Assembly (NCBI GenBank): GCA_037444665.1 | Contig: JBBILZ010000009.1 | Coordinates: forward strand, 1 to 53,114 | DNA length: 53,114 bases | Source of the DNA: a candidate division WOR-3 bacterium | Lineage (GTDB): Bacteria > Hydrothermota > Tepidihabitantia > SM23-42 > JAOAFX01 | Reading direction: 5' to 3' | Part shown: positions 40,960 through 49,793 of the stretch, piece by piece | Layout of the letters: each line of letters opens with the position of its first letter | How positions within the stretch are numbered: the first letter of the stretch is position 1 | Position numbers and translations under genes: made by a program | The notes under the pieces: generated by a model | Databases searched by the model: none | Told to the model about the DNA's origin: nothing | What the model saw: only the letters and a program-made list of their open reading frames with translations

Positions 40960-42619
40960 GGTATCTTTTTGTTTTTTGCTCTGTTTTGGTATTGTTATTA
41001 TTATTAATCTTATCTGCCTTTATCGTCCATTTTATCAACCATTTGAGAGAAAACTCTATGATTTTAAGTATCGTCTTTTTATTACTCAAAAACCGGTTGA
41101 AGAGATTATCGTCATTGATATTGACGAGACGAGTCTGAAAAAATTAGGCAGATATCAGAACTGGCCCAGGGCATATTTTGCCGAGGTAATTGAATATCTG
41201 CAGAACGCCAGGGCGATTGGCATTGATATCTTTTTTGGCGAGCCTGATACACTTCCCCAATATGCGCAGAAATATTATACAAAACCAAATTTTGATTCAC
41301 TCCTCAGTGCAGCCATTGCCCGTAGCAAAAAAATAATACTCGTTTCTTCCTTAAGTGGAGAGCCTGTATTCAGTAATCTATGCCCGACTGGAATTGGTGA
41401 TATAATTGCCAATGATGATGGTGTAGTGCGCAATGGTTATGCTACACTTGACCAGAAACCAACCTTTGCCAGTCAGATTGCAGGATTTCTCAAAGGTGGG
41501 ATAGATAAAGAAAAGTTTTTAATCTATTATCTAAATGTAGCATCTTTTCGTAGAATCCCATTCAGTGATGTATATCTAACAAGGGTTCCGCAGGAATTTT
41601 TTGATAATAAAATTGTGCTCATTGGCGGCACTGCTCCTGGTCTATTTGATTACCACTCAGTCCCGTTTAAAAGACACTTTCCAGGAATCTTGATTCAGGC
41701 AAATCTCGTGTATAACTTTATAAACAATATCAGAATAAATGAAATTCCTTATGTTTATATTCTATTGCTCACCCTGATATGCTCCTTCTTGATTGCACTG
41801 TTCACAACTTTTTCTTCCACAAGGGTCTATATCATTATCTATGTTTTGAGTTTTCTCGGCATCTTTATTGCTTCATTAATATTATTTTATTATCGGTTTG
41901 AATTTGGTTTTGTTCGGACATATTATGCATTTATCTTTACCATCATTGGTTCACTTATCTATCGTTACCAGTTTGAAGAGAAAGAGAAGCGCCGCATTAA
42001 ATCCATATTTTCCCGTTACTATTCAAAAGAACTTGTGGATAAAGTGATTAAAGAGCCATTAAAACTTGGTGGAGAAAAAGCACACTGCACAATCATTTTT
42101 GCTGATATTAGAAATTTTACGCCCTATACTGAAAAATCAACTCCTGAGCAAGTGGCAAAGGCATTGAACAACTTTTTGACAGAGATGGTGATGATTGTTT
42201 TCAAATACCAGGGCAGGGTAGACAAATTTATTGGCGACTGTGTAATGGCAGTATTTGGCTATCCAGTGCGTCTGAAAAATTCAGCCTTGAATGCCTGTTT
42301 ATGCGCCCGTGAAATGGTAAAAAGGGCGCGCGAACTCGGCCTGCAGATTGGTGTGGGTATAAATTCAGGTGAGGTTATCTCTGGAAATTTTGGTTCACCA
42401 ATGCGTATGGAATACACTGTGATTGGAGATGCAGTAAATCTTGCCTCAAGGCTTGAAGGGCAGACCAAAGAGTTCAATGTCAGTATCTGTGTTGGTGAAG
42501 CGACCCATAAGATGTTGCTTGAACACCCTACCATAGAACTACAATTCAAAGAACTTGGCAGGGTAAAAGTAAAAGGAAAACAAGAAGAGACAATGGTGTA
42601 TGAATTGCTTTGTGGATAA
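40949..42619 (+). CDS. CHASE2-domain membrane adenylate cyclase (class III, full catalytic set)
   Basis: IDIDE..L..LGR...WPR CHASE2; three TMs; FADIRNFT, DKFIGD, YTVIGDAVNLASR. Confidence 0.92.
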   Translation: MKNRVSFCFLLCFGIVIIINLICLYRPFYQPFERKLYDFKYRLFITQKPVEEIIVIDIDETSLKKLGRYQNWPRAYFAEVIEYLQNARAIGIDIFFGEPDTLPQYAQKYYTKPNFDSLLSAAIARSKKIILVSSLSGEPVFSNLCPTGIGDIIANDDGVVRNGYATLDQKPTFASQIAGFLKGGIDKEKFLIYYLNVASFRRIPFSDVYLTRVPQEFFDNKIVLIGGTAPGLFDYHSVPFKRHFPGILIQANLVYNFINNIRINEIPYVYILLLTLICSFLIALFTTFSSTRVYIIIYVLSFLGIFIASLILFYYRFEFGFVRTYYAFIFTIIGSLIYRYQFEEKEKRRIKSIFSRYYSKELVDKVIKEPLKLGGEKAHCTIIFADIRNFTPYTEKSTPEQVAKALNNFLTEMVMIVFKYQGRVDKFIGDCVMAVFGYPVRLKNSALNACLCAREMVKRARELGLQIGVGINSGEVISGNFGSPMRMEYTVIGDAVNLASRLEGQTKEFNVSICVGEATHKMLLEHPTIELQFKELGRVKVKGKQEETMVYELLCG

Positions 42620-42647
42620 GTGGATGTGTGGTTAAGTGGTTGAGATA

Positions 42648-43037
42648 ATGAATAAAACACCTGTAAAACATTTCCGAGATCTTGAAGTATACAAAATTGC
42701 TTTTGAAGCTGCTATGGAAATATACAGCATTACAAACAAATTTCCACGAACAGAAAAGTTTGCGTTAGTCAACCAGATTATACGTTCATCAAGGTCAGTC
42801 TGTTCAAATATAGCTGAGGCATGGAGAAAGAGAAAATATAGAGCGGCTTTTGTAAATAAGTTAACCGATGCTATGTCTGAAGCATGTGAAACACAGACCT
42901 GGCTTGATTTTTGTCTTACCTGTAGATATATTCCAAATGATGTGTACAAACAGCTTGATAACAAATATGAACTCATTATTGTTAAACTTAATGCGATGGA
43001 ACGCAAAGCGGATAGCTTTTGTTTCAAATCCCCATAG
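42648..43037 (+). CDS. Four-helix-bundle protein (23S rRNA IVP / TIGR02436-like)
   Basis: FRDLEVYK, FPRTEKFALVNQIIRSSRSVCSNIAE. Confidence 0.9.
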   Translation: MNKTPVKHFRDLEVYKIAFEAAMEIYSITNKFPRTEKFALVNQIIRSSRSVCSNIAEAWRKRKYRAAFVNKLTDAMSEACETQTWLDFCLTCRYIPNDVYKQLDNKYELIIVKLNAMERKADSFCFKSP

Positions 43038-43064
43038 CTACACAGGTTCGTATGTTCGTTTTAT

Positions 43065-44393
43065 ATGAAGTATAACGCCGGCGGCCGCATCTCCATCATA
43101 GAAGGCATCTTTGCCCAGTTTCATATCACCCTGACCAGTGGTATGTTCCTTACTTCTTTTGCCCTGTTTTTAAATGCCAATCCATTTCAGATGGGTGTGC
43201 TCGCATCCATTCCTTCAATCCTTGCAGGTGTGGGCTTTTTCTCTGCCTACATTGCCAATATCATTGGTAAACGCAAATCACCCTGTTTGTGGAGCGCAGT
43301 AATTGGCAGGGGTCTTTTTATATTTTTTATTATCGGGCTCATTTTCAATATCCGTATCAGTATCAGTTTCTTTTTTGTTGTCATTTTCTTTTTCAATCTA
43401 TTGTTAAATTTCTCTGGCAATCTATGGACTTCCTGGATGAGCGATTTAATACCTCGCGAACAGAGGGGAAGGTATTTTGGAATAAGAAATACCATTATCA
43501 GTGGCATCGCAATGGTAATAAATTATCTTGGTGGTAAGGTTCTTGATGCCTATGCACCACACCAGTCATTTATTATAATCTTCTCCACTGCGGTCCTGTT
43601 TTCTACCTTGTCGGGTATAACAATTTCATTCCAGCCTGAGCCTAAATTTGACAAAAAAGTAATCCATTTCAAGGATGTTTTTATAAAACCATTAAAGGAC
43701 CAGAATTTTGTAGCATTAATAACATTTGTATCATTCTGGTATCTTTTTGCAGGTATTGCTGCACCATTCTGGGTTGTGCATATGATAAAGAACTTAAAGA
43801 TGGCATATTCTACAATTGCCATATACGGCATCATTGCTGGTATAGCAAGCCTCATTTTTCAAATTCTCTGGGGCAGGATGATTGACCGCGTAAAATCAAA
43901 ACCAATACTGACCATAAATTTTGTGGGCATCATATTTTTACCCCTGTTCTGGCTCTTTGCAAAACCTGATTTTATACTGCCCATCTGGATTGACGCCTTT
44001 TTCAGTGGCACATTCTGGTGCGGTATTAACTTGAGTCTCTTCAACATCCTTTTGAGTTTGACTGAAGAGAAAGAATTAAAAGAGGCATATTTTGCTGTAT
44101 TCTCAACCATCACTGGTATTTGCGGGTTTCTCTCTTCGCTTTTGGGCGGACTTATTGCCCAGTTATTAGTGAATTTTAAATTCAATTTTTTGGGTCAGAC
44201 ATTTGTAAACTTCCATATACTATTTATCGGCACATCATTATTCAGATTTATCAGCCTTTTTCTTTTAAGAAAAGTAAAAGAAAAAGAGGCATATCCTACA
44301 CTCCAGGTATTACAACTCATTGGCGATTATGCTGCACGACGCCTGAACGAACACAAAGACCTATTATTGAACACCCTCCGTTTCACAAAATAG
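43065..44393 (+). CDS. MFS transporter
   Basis: About 12 TMs; WMSDLIPREQRGRYFG; WGRMIDR. Confidence 0.88.
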   Translation: MKYNAGGRISIIEGIFAQFHITLTSGMFLTSFALFLNANPFQMGVLASIPSILAGVGFFSAYIANIIGKRKSPCLWSAVIGRGLFIFFIIGLIFNIRISISFFFVVIFFFNLLLNFSGNLWTSWMSDLIPREQRGRYFGIRNTIISGIAMVINYLGGKVLDAYAPHQSFIIIFSTAVLFSTLSGITISFQPEPKFDKKVIHFKDVFIKPLKDQNFVALITFVSFWYLFAGIAAPFWVVHMIKNLKMAYSTIAIYGIIAGIASLIFQILWGRMIDRVKSKPILTINFVGIIFLPLFWLFAKPDFILPIWIDAFFSGTFWCGINLSLFNILLSLTEEKELKEAYFAVFSTITGICGFLSSLLGGLIAQLLVNFKFNFLGQTFVNFHILFIGTSLFRFISLFLLRKVKEKEAYPTLQVLQLIGDYAARRLNEHKDLLLNTLRFTK

Positions 44394-44407
44394 ACCACCT
44401 TTTTTGT

Positions 44408-44540
44408 CTTTAGGTATTTAGGCATTTTGGACTTTTAGACCTTTTAACTTATTGCAAGTCCCGACCTCCGTGTCGGGAACATACTGCACTTCCTGCGAGT
44501 CCCGCAGGGACGATCCTGCAAGCGAAGCGATCCTGCATCT
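44408..44540. repeat. 8-mer TTTAGG tract followed by a hairpin array with ATCCTGCA linkers
   Basis: 44495-44540 is a near reverse complement of 51650-51704. Confidence 0.7.
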
Positions 44541-44582
44541 ATCCTTCTTGACAATTCCCTTATCCTGCATAGACTTACAGGT

Positions 44583-45251
44583 ATGAAGATAGATATTGGC
44601 ATCTATTATGGTCCAATTGATCTGCTCGTATATCTGGTGCGTAAAAAAGAAGTGGATATCTTTGATATTCCCATTGCCCAGGTTGCTGAAGAGTATCTTG
44701 ATTATATTCAAAAAATTGAAAGAAAGGACCTTGAAGATGCCGCAGACTTTCTTCTGATGGCAGCAATCTTAATTAGATTAAAGATCCGTTCGCTTCTGCC
44801 GCGCACACCTGCTGATGAAGAAGAGGTAAAACCGATTACCTTAATGCAGATTGTTGAGGAATTCAAAAAATACAAAGAGATTGCCCGTGCGTTCAGCACA
44901 ATGGAGGAAGAGTCACATAGACAATTTCCAAGGTTTTCTAAGGTTGAACCGTCAGTCGTGCTTGAAGAAGGCAATCTGACAAGCTTAATCCTTGCCTTCC
45001 GTAGTTTTCAACCCACTGAAAAAGAGTCGGTATTCATAAAAAGACAATTGATTCCTATTGAAAAGGTGATTGAGGACTTGCGACAGGAACTTGAAAACAA
45101 AAAACAGTTAAATTTTCTGCAATTTTTAAAGGAAAAACAGAATACCTCAGTTGCAGTTTCATATTTTTTCGGAATGCTACAGATTGTGAAAGAAGGATTG
45201 GCAAAGGTTGAACAAAATGAAACCTTTGGTGAAATATATCTTTACAAATAA
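44583..45251 (+). CDS. scpA: Segregation and condensation protein A (kleisin)
   Basis: GPIDLLVYL, DIFDIPIA, AADFLLMAA.L..KIRSLLP, QNETFGEI. Confidence 0.9.
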   Translation: MKIDIGIYYGPIDLLVYLVRKKEVDIFDIPIAQVAEEYLDYIQKIERKDLEDAADFLLMAAILIRLKIRSLLPRTPADEEEVKPITLMQIVEEFKKYKEIARAFSTMEEESHRQFPRFSKVEPSVVLEEGNLTSLILAFRSFQPTEKESVFIKRQLIPIEKVIEDLRQELENKKQLNFLQFLKEKQNTSVAVSYFFGMLQIVKEGLAKVEQNETFGEIYLYK

Positions 45252-45315
45252 TTGTTTGGATTTGGCATTTGTTTGGAGTTTGGTGCTTGGATTTTGGGAT
45301 TTAAAGATATAAAAT

Positions 45316-46425
45316 ATGCTTTTAATTTTATATCTTATAAGTTATGCACCTGAGGATTCCAATTGCCAGAACCTGCTTGACAAACAGATTGCCCATTATT
45401 TTCATTCCTGGGAAACAGCATTTGACTCTACCACAAATGGTCTGCGCACAAGTCAGGGCTGTCTTGATATATTAAACTGGTATATTGACCTTGAACTCCG
45501 TTATGAAGCATACCTTTCAAAAATTTTGGGCATCCGTTATCAGAATCATTATCTTGGTGATTATAACGAACATATCTCAAACCATTATTTCCAGCCATTC
45601 TTTCAGTTAAAGGAGAATAAAAGGCTTTATTTATCAATTACCACACATTACTACAAAGGAGAAGATGAGATTGGCATTGGTTATTTTTATGGCAGAAATT
45701 ATTTGAACTATTGGGAAACATTCTTGTCTGTGGAAAATTTTGATAGAAATTTTTCCCTGCAAGATATGGAACCGGGCAGGGAAAAGAAAATCTATAAAGA
45801 CTTCAATTACCCGGTTAAATTGAAGACCACAATCAACAAAAACTGGAGAACAGGAAGGTTGCGACTTGAACTCTTACTTGGTAAGAAATACATTCTTGAA
45901 TCTACTGATGAACCTCCAACATTCAGAGATCAGGGTTATATACATTCTTTTTATATTCGTTTTTATCAGGATATAAACAGATTCCGTATTGGTCTGCTCA
46001 ATACACTAAAATATTCAGATAAGTCAATCAATGATTACTCAAGTTATTTTCAGGAAAAGATTTTTGATGACTATCCAGAGATTCAATTTGCATACCGCTT
46101 GAATGATAGGTGGATTCCCAATCTTTATTTGAATTATAATTACAAAACTGAAGATGATACACTCTTTTATGAACGGAATGTGTTTGCATATTTAGTTGAC
46201 CTGGAGTATTACCCGGGTGGTAATTTTGTGTGGCATTTTGGAACGCAACGCCAATTTTATTCAAATAATCAGGGTGAAAAATTTAAAGAGCGTCGTATAA
46301 ATGTGGGTCTGGAATACCGTTATAAAAATATCTGGTTCTATCTGGTTGAGGCAATGGAAGGAGACTTTCCTACGCCAAAATACCTGCACAACCACACCTA
46401 TCTCCAATTAATGCTAAGATTCTAA
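45316..46425 (+). CDS. Hypothetical outer-membrane beta-barrel protein
   Basis: Aromatic-rich amphipathic strands; C-terminal Phe (YLQLMLRF). Confidence 0.6.
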   Translation: MLLILYLISYAPEDSNCQNLLDKQIAHYFHSWETAFDSTTNGLRTSQGCLDILNWYIDLELRYEAYLSKILGIRYQNHYLGDYNEHISNHYFQPFFQLKENKRLYLSITTHYYKGEDEIGIGYFYGRNYLNYWETFLSVENFDRNFSLQDMEPGREKKIYKDFNYPVKLKTTINKNWRTGRLRLELLLGKKYILESTDEPPTFRDQGYIHSFYIRFYQDINRFRIGLLNTLKYSDKSINDYSSYFQEKIFDDYPEIQFAYRLNDRWIPNLYLNYNYKTEDDTLFYERNVFAYLVDLEYYPGGNFVWHFGTQRQFYSNNQGEKFKERRINVGLEYRYKNIWFYLVEAMEGDFPTPKYLHNHTYLQLMLRF

Positions 46426-46485
46426 TAAAATTCTATTAGTTTTTCTTCTTCTTGACAATTCCTAAACTTTGTATATAATATCTCT

Positions 46486-47100
46486 ATGTATATATTTACC
46501 GTATTATTTATTATATCTACTATTGATACAACTTCATACCGTATTGAGCCTGGTGATGTGCTTGAGATTGTCATTCTTGGTGAGGAAGAACTCTCACGCG
46601 ACCTGCTCGTAATGCACAATGGCAATATCACATTTCCCCTGATCGGTGATATTAAGGTTGCTGGTCTCACGACCAATGAAGTAGCAGATACCCTGACAGA
46701 TAAATTAAAAAAATATTTTGTCCAGCCCCTTGTCTCAGTAATACTCAAGGGTCCAACAATCTCTGCGATTGCTGTCTATGGTGAAGTAGTCAGGCCCGGC
46801 ACAGTAGAATATCAGCGTGGTCTGCGTTTGAGCGATTATGTTGCCCTTGCTGGTGGTCCAACTGACCGTGCCAATCTAAAAAAAGTAAAGGTCGTGCGTA
46901 ATACTGCACAGGGTGTCAAGGTCTATACAGTGAATCTCGGTGCAATTCTGAAAAAAGGTATTGAAAAAGACAATTTTGAACTCAAGGCAGGGGACTGGGT
47001 CTATATTGGTAAAAGGTTTACCATTAATTGGACCAATGTATTGCAGTTTGCCACGCTCACCCTGTCTGCGATAAACCTTTATCTTGTAATAACCAAATAG
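46486..47100 (+). CDS. Polysaccharide export protein (Wza/Poly_export + SLBB)
   Basis: YRIEPGDVLEI, GNITFPLIG, GEVVRPG, LAGGPT. Confidence 0.88.
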   Translation: MYIFTVLFIISTIDTTSYRIEPGDVLEIVILGEEELSRDLLVMHNGNITFPLIGDIKVAGLTTNEVADTLTDKLKKYFVQPLVSVILKGPTISAIAVYGEVVRPGTVEYQRGLRLSDYVALAGGPTDRANLKKVKVVRNTAQGVKVYTVNLGAILKKGIEKDNFELKAGDWVYIGKRFTINWTNVLQFATLTLSAINLYLVITK

Positions 47101-47103
47101 TCT

Positions 47104-49680
47104 ATGGCTAATAATAACGAAAAGATTCCAGTAGAATATTTGATGGAGCAGGAAAAGCCATTGAACCTGCAGGACCTATGGGTAAAGTTCCTGAGGCGTC
47201 GCAGACTATTCTTTACCTTTGCCATCCCGGTATTCTTTGCGATTCTAATCTTTAGAATATCAAAACCATACACCCCTATATACCTTGCAAGTTTTGATGT
47301 GGGTGTGGCAGAGAACCGTCCGGTTGAGGGATTTTTCAGTGGAATGTCAGAAACACCCACGACCCAGATTGGCACAGTAACCCAGCGTCTTATTGCCAAT
47401 CTTTTGAGTGTGAAGATTGCAGAAAAGGTTGTTGATACACTGGGTCTTTATACATTTTTAAAGAATGGCAACACAGATATAATTATCAATACCCGTTTAA
47501 AATCTGATTTTCAGGAACAGTTAGGACCATATAGCCTCAAGATTCTTGAAAATGGTTATGCCTTAAAAATGGATGGCGAAATTATACAAAAGGGTTTTGG
47601 TGAGTATTTGAATCTTGGACCACTTGAGTTCACTATTGACCAGAACCAGCATTTAATAACAGGTAAGGTCTATTCAATCACATTCTATCCCCGTAGTAAA
47701 ATGGCACTGGCACTGCGTAATTCCATTTCTGTGAAGGTGCTTGAGGCAGACAAAGTAGAGAGGGCAGGTGACCGTTCAGGTGTGCCGGTCTCAGGCGAAG
47801 GCGCAGCAAAGAAGATGGTCACAGCAAAGACCATATTTCCAGGGATGAATGTCATTGGCATTCTGCGCATTGAACTCTACTGGGGAAACAGGGAACAGGC
47901 ACTGCGCATTACACGGGCTTTTTCTAATATTCTTTTAAAAGAAAATATTGAAGAGAAAAGTCTGCAGTATATCCAGTCCAGAAATTTTATTGAATCACAG
48001 TTAGCACTATATCAGGAAAAACTGAATGAACTTGAGGAGAAGATAAAATTATTTAAAGAGAATAAAAAGATAGCAGATTTAAAGGCATCAACACAGGCAT
48101 TGATAAACCAGGTCTCTACATTAGAGTCCCGCAAAAATCAACTTGAAATTGAAGAGAAGATTCTTAATGATATAAACAACTACCTTTTGCTTGATACCCT
48201 GAACCAGGCTGCCTCTTTGAATATTGCAACGACAATGATCTCTGACCAGGGCATTCAGCAATTATATAATCAGTTAATCCAGGCAGATGCAGAATTAAAG
48301 GGTGTATTAAAAGAGTATTCTACAAAACACCCAAAGTATGCTGAAATTAAAGCGAAATTTGATGGATTTAAAGAACAACTTAAAGATGAAATTTCAAAGA
48401 GGGTGAATACAATTAAGACCGATATTCAGGGTGTTTCAAACCAGATTCGGAATCTGCAATTAAAATTAGAAATTATTCCAGCCGATGAAATAAGTCTTGC
48501 AAGACTGGAGCGTGATAGAGAGACCGCAGAGAAGTTATATACCTTCTTTTCTGAAAAACTTGAAGAGACCAGGGTCCAGGAGGCAGGGGTGACCTCTGAT
48601 ATTAAGATTATCAATCCACCATTTGTATTAAACAGTCCTGTAAATCCGCGTCGCACCTCGCTTACATTATTCTTGTCGCTCTTTTTTGCAGTTCTGGTCG
48701 GAACCGCAGTGGTGTTTATTACTGAATATTTTGACAATACTGTTAAGGACCCGGAAACAGTAAAAGAAAAATTAAATCTCTCCATATATGGCACAATCCC
48801 TGCCTTATTGAATGCAGAAGAGAAAAAATTAAAACCCGGATTAAATATAGATTATGTTAAATATATTTTATTGAATGGTATAGGTTTCAAGAATTCTCAT
48901 CATAAGCATTCTGAGTTGAAACTCGTTAAAGACCGCTCAAGTGCTGAATTTGAGGCATTCCGTAAACTCTCTGTGCACCTTGAATTTGCCCATCCAGAAA
49001 AGGTCTATAAGACATTGTATATCACATCACCGGGTCCTGAAGATGGTAAGACATTTGTTTCTTTAAATCTCGGTTATGTAATTGCGACAAAAGGTAAGAA
49101 GGTGCTATTGATTGATACAGACTTCCGCAAAAAGCGGGGGCACCTCACAGATGTTATAAAAATGAAAAAGGCAAAGGGTATCTTTGATGTCCTTATTGGC
49201 GAAGCATCCCTTGAATCGGCAATCGTTCCCTATAAGGAGCTGGACATGCAAGTCGAGACAGAGAAGGATGGAACTTCCAGTATCAAGAATCCAGTATCCA
49301 GTATCAAGGACAAAGACCAGTCCCTCTTTTTCCTTCCCATTGGAAATGTGCCGGCAAATCCATTTATCTTTCTTGAATCAGAGCGTATGCATTCAATGCT
49401 TGAACAATTAAAAAGACAGTATGACTATGTGCTCATTGATGGTTTGCCCATTCTCTTATTTGCTGATGCCACATACCTGGCGCGTTACTGTGATGGAGTA
49501 TTGATGACTGCAATGTATAGCAAGACAAATTTAAAAGAGCTGGAAAATAGTAAAGAGATATTAGAATCTGCGCGGGCAGACATAGTCGGGCTGGTGATAA
49601 ATAATGCGCCACCAAGGTCAGGCAGTTATTATTATCATTACTATTATAAATACTATTCAAAGTATTACAAAAAAGCATAG
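47104..49680 (+). CDS. Wzc-like polysaccharide co-polymerase / BY tyrosine kinase
   Basis: Two TMs with coiled coil between; ITSPGPEDGKT, LLIDTD, YVLID; C-terminal Tyr cluster YYYHYYYKYY. Confidence 0.92.
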   Translation: MANNNEKIPVEYLMEQEKPLNLQDLWVKFLRRRRLFFTFAIPVFFAILIFRISKPYTPIYLASFDVGVAENRPVEGFFSGMSETPTTQIGTVTQRLIANLLSVKIAEKVVDTLGLYTFLKNGNTDIIINTRLKSDFQEQLGPYSLKILENGYALKMDGEIIQKGFGEYLNLGPLEFTIDQNQHLITGKVYSITFYPRSKMALALRNSISVKVLEADKVERAGDRSGVPVSGEGAAKKMVTAKTIFPGMNVIGILRIELYWGNREQALRITRAFSNILLKENIEEKSLQYIQSRNFIESQLALYQEKLNELEEKIKLFKENKKIADLKASTQALINQVSTLESRKNQLEIEEKILNDINNYLLLDTLNQAASLNIATTMISDQGIQQLYNQLIQADAELKGVLKEYSTKHPKYAEIKAKFDGFKEQLKDEISKRVNTIKTDIQGVSNQIRNLQLKLEIIPADEISLARLERDRETAEKLYTFFSEKLEETRVQEAGVTSDIKIINPPFVLNSPVNPRRTSLTLFLSLFFAVLVGTAVVFITEYFDNTVKDPETVKEKLNLSIYGTIPALLNAEEKKLKPGLNIDYVKYILLNGIGFKNSHHKHSELKLVKDRSSAEFEAFRKLSVHLEFAHPEKVYKTLYITSPGPEDGKTFVSLNLGYVIATKGKKVLLIDTDFRKKRGHLTDVIKMKKAKGIFDVLIGEASLESAIVPYKELDMQVETEKDGTSSIKNPVSSIKDKDQSLFFLPIGNVPANPFIFLESERMHSMLEQLKRQYDYVLIDGLPILLFADATYLARYCDGVLMTAMYSKTNLKELENSKEILESARADIVGLVINNAPPRSGSYYYHYYYKYYSKYYKKA

Positions 49681-49716
49681 AACAGAGGAGGAGATAAGGT
49701 GAGTGGTATTCCCACT

Positions 49717-49774
49717 GTAGTTGCCCAATTTATTGGGCAGTTTTCCCTTGTTGTAGTTGCCCAATTTATTGGGC
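49717..49774 (+). repeat. Two tandem identical GTAG REP-like palindromes
   Basis: GTAGTTGCCCAATTTATTGGGC at 49717 and 49753. Confidence 0.88.
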
Positions 49775-49793
49775 ATAATTAAAAGGAGGCACA

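Noticed and set aside
44583..45251. Wadjet/Mks-like defence system
   Set aside because: A lone canonical ScpA with no adjacent SMC-like or nuclease gene
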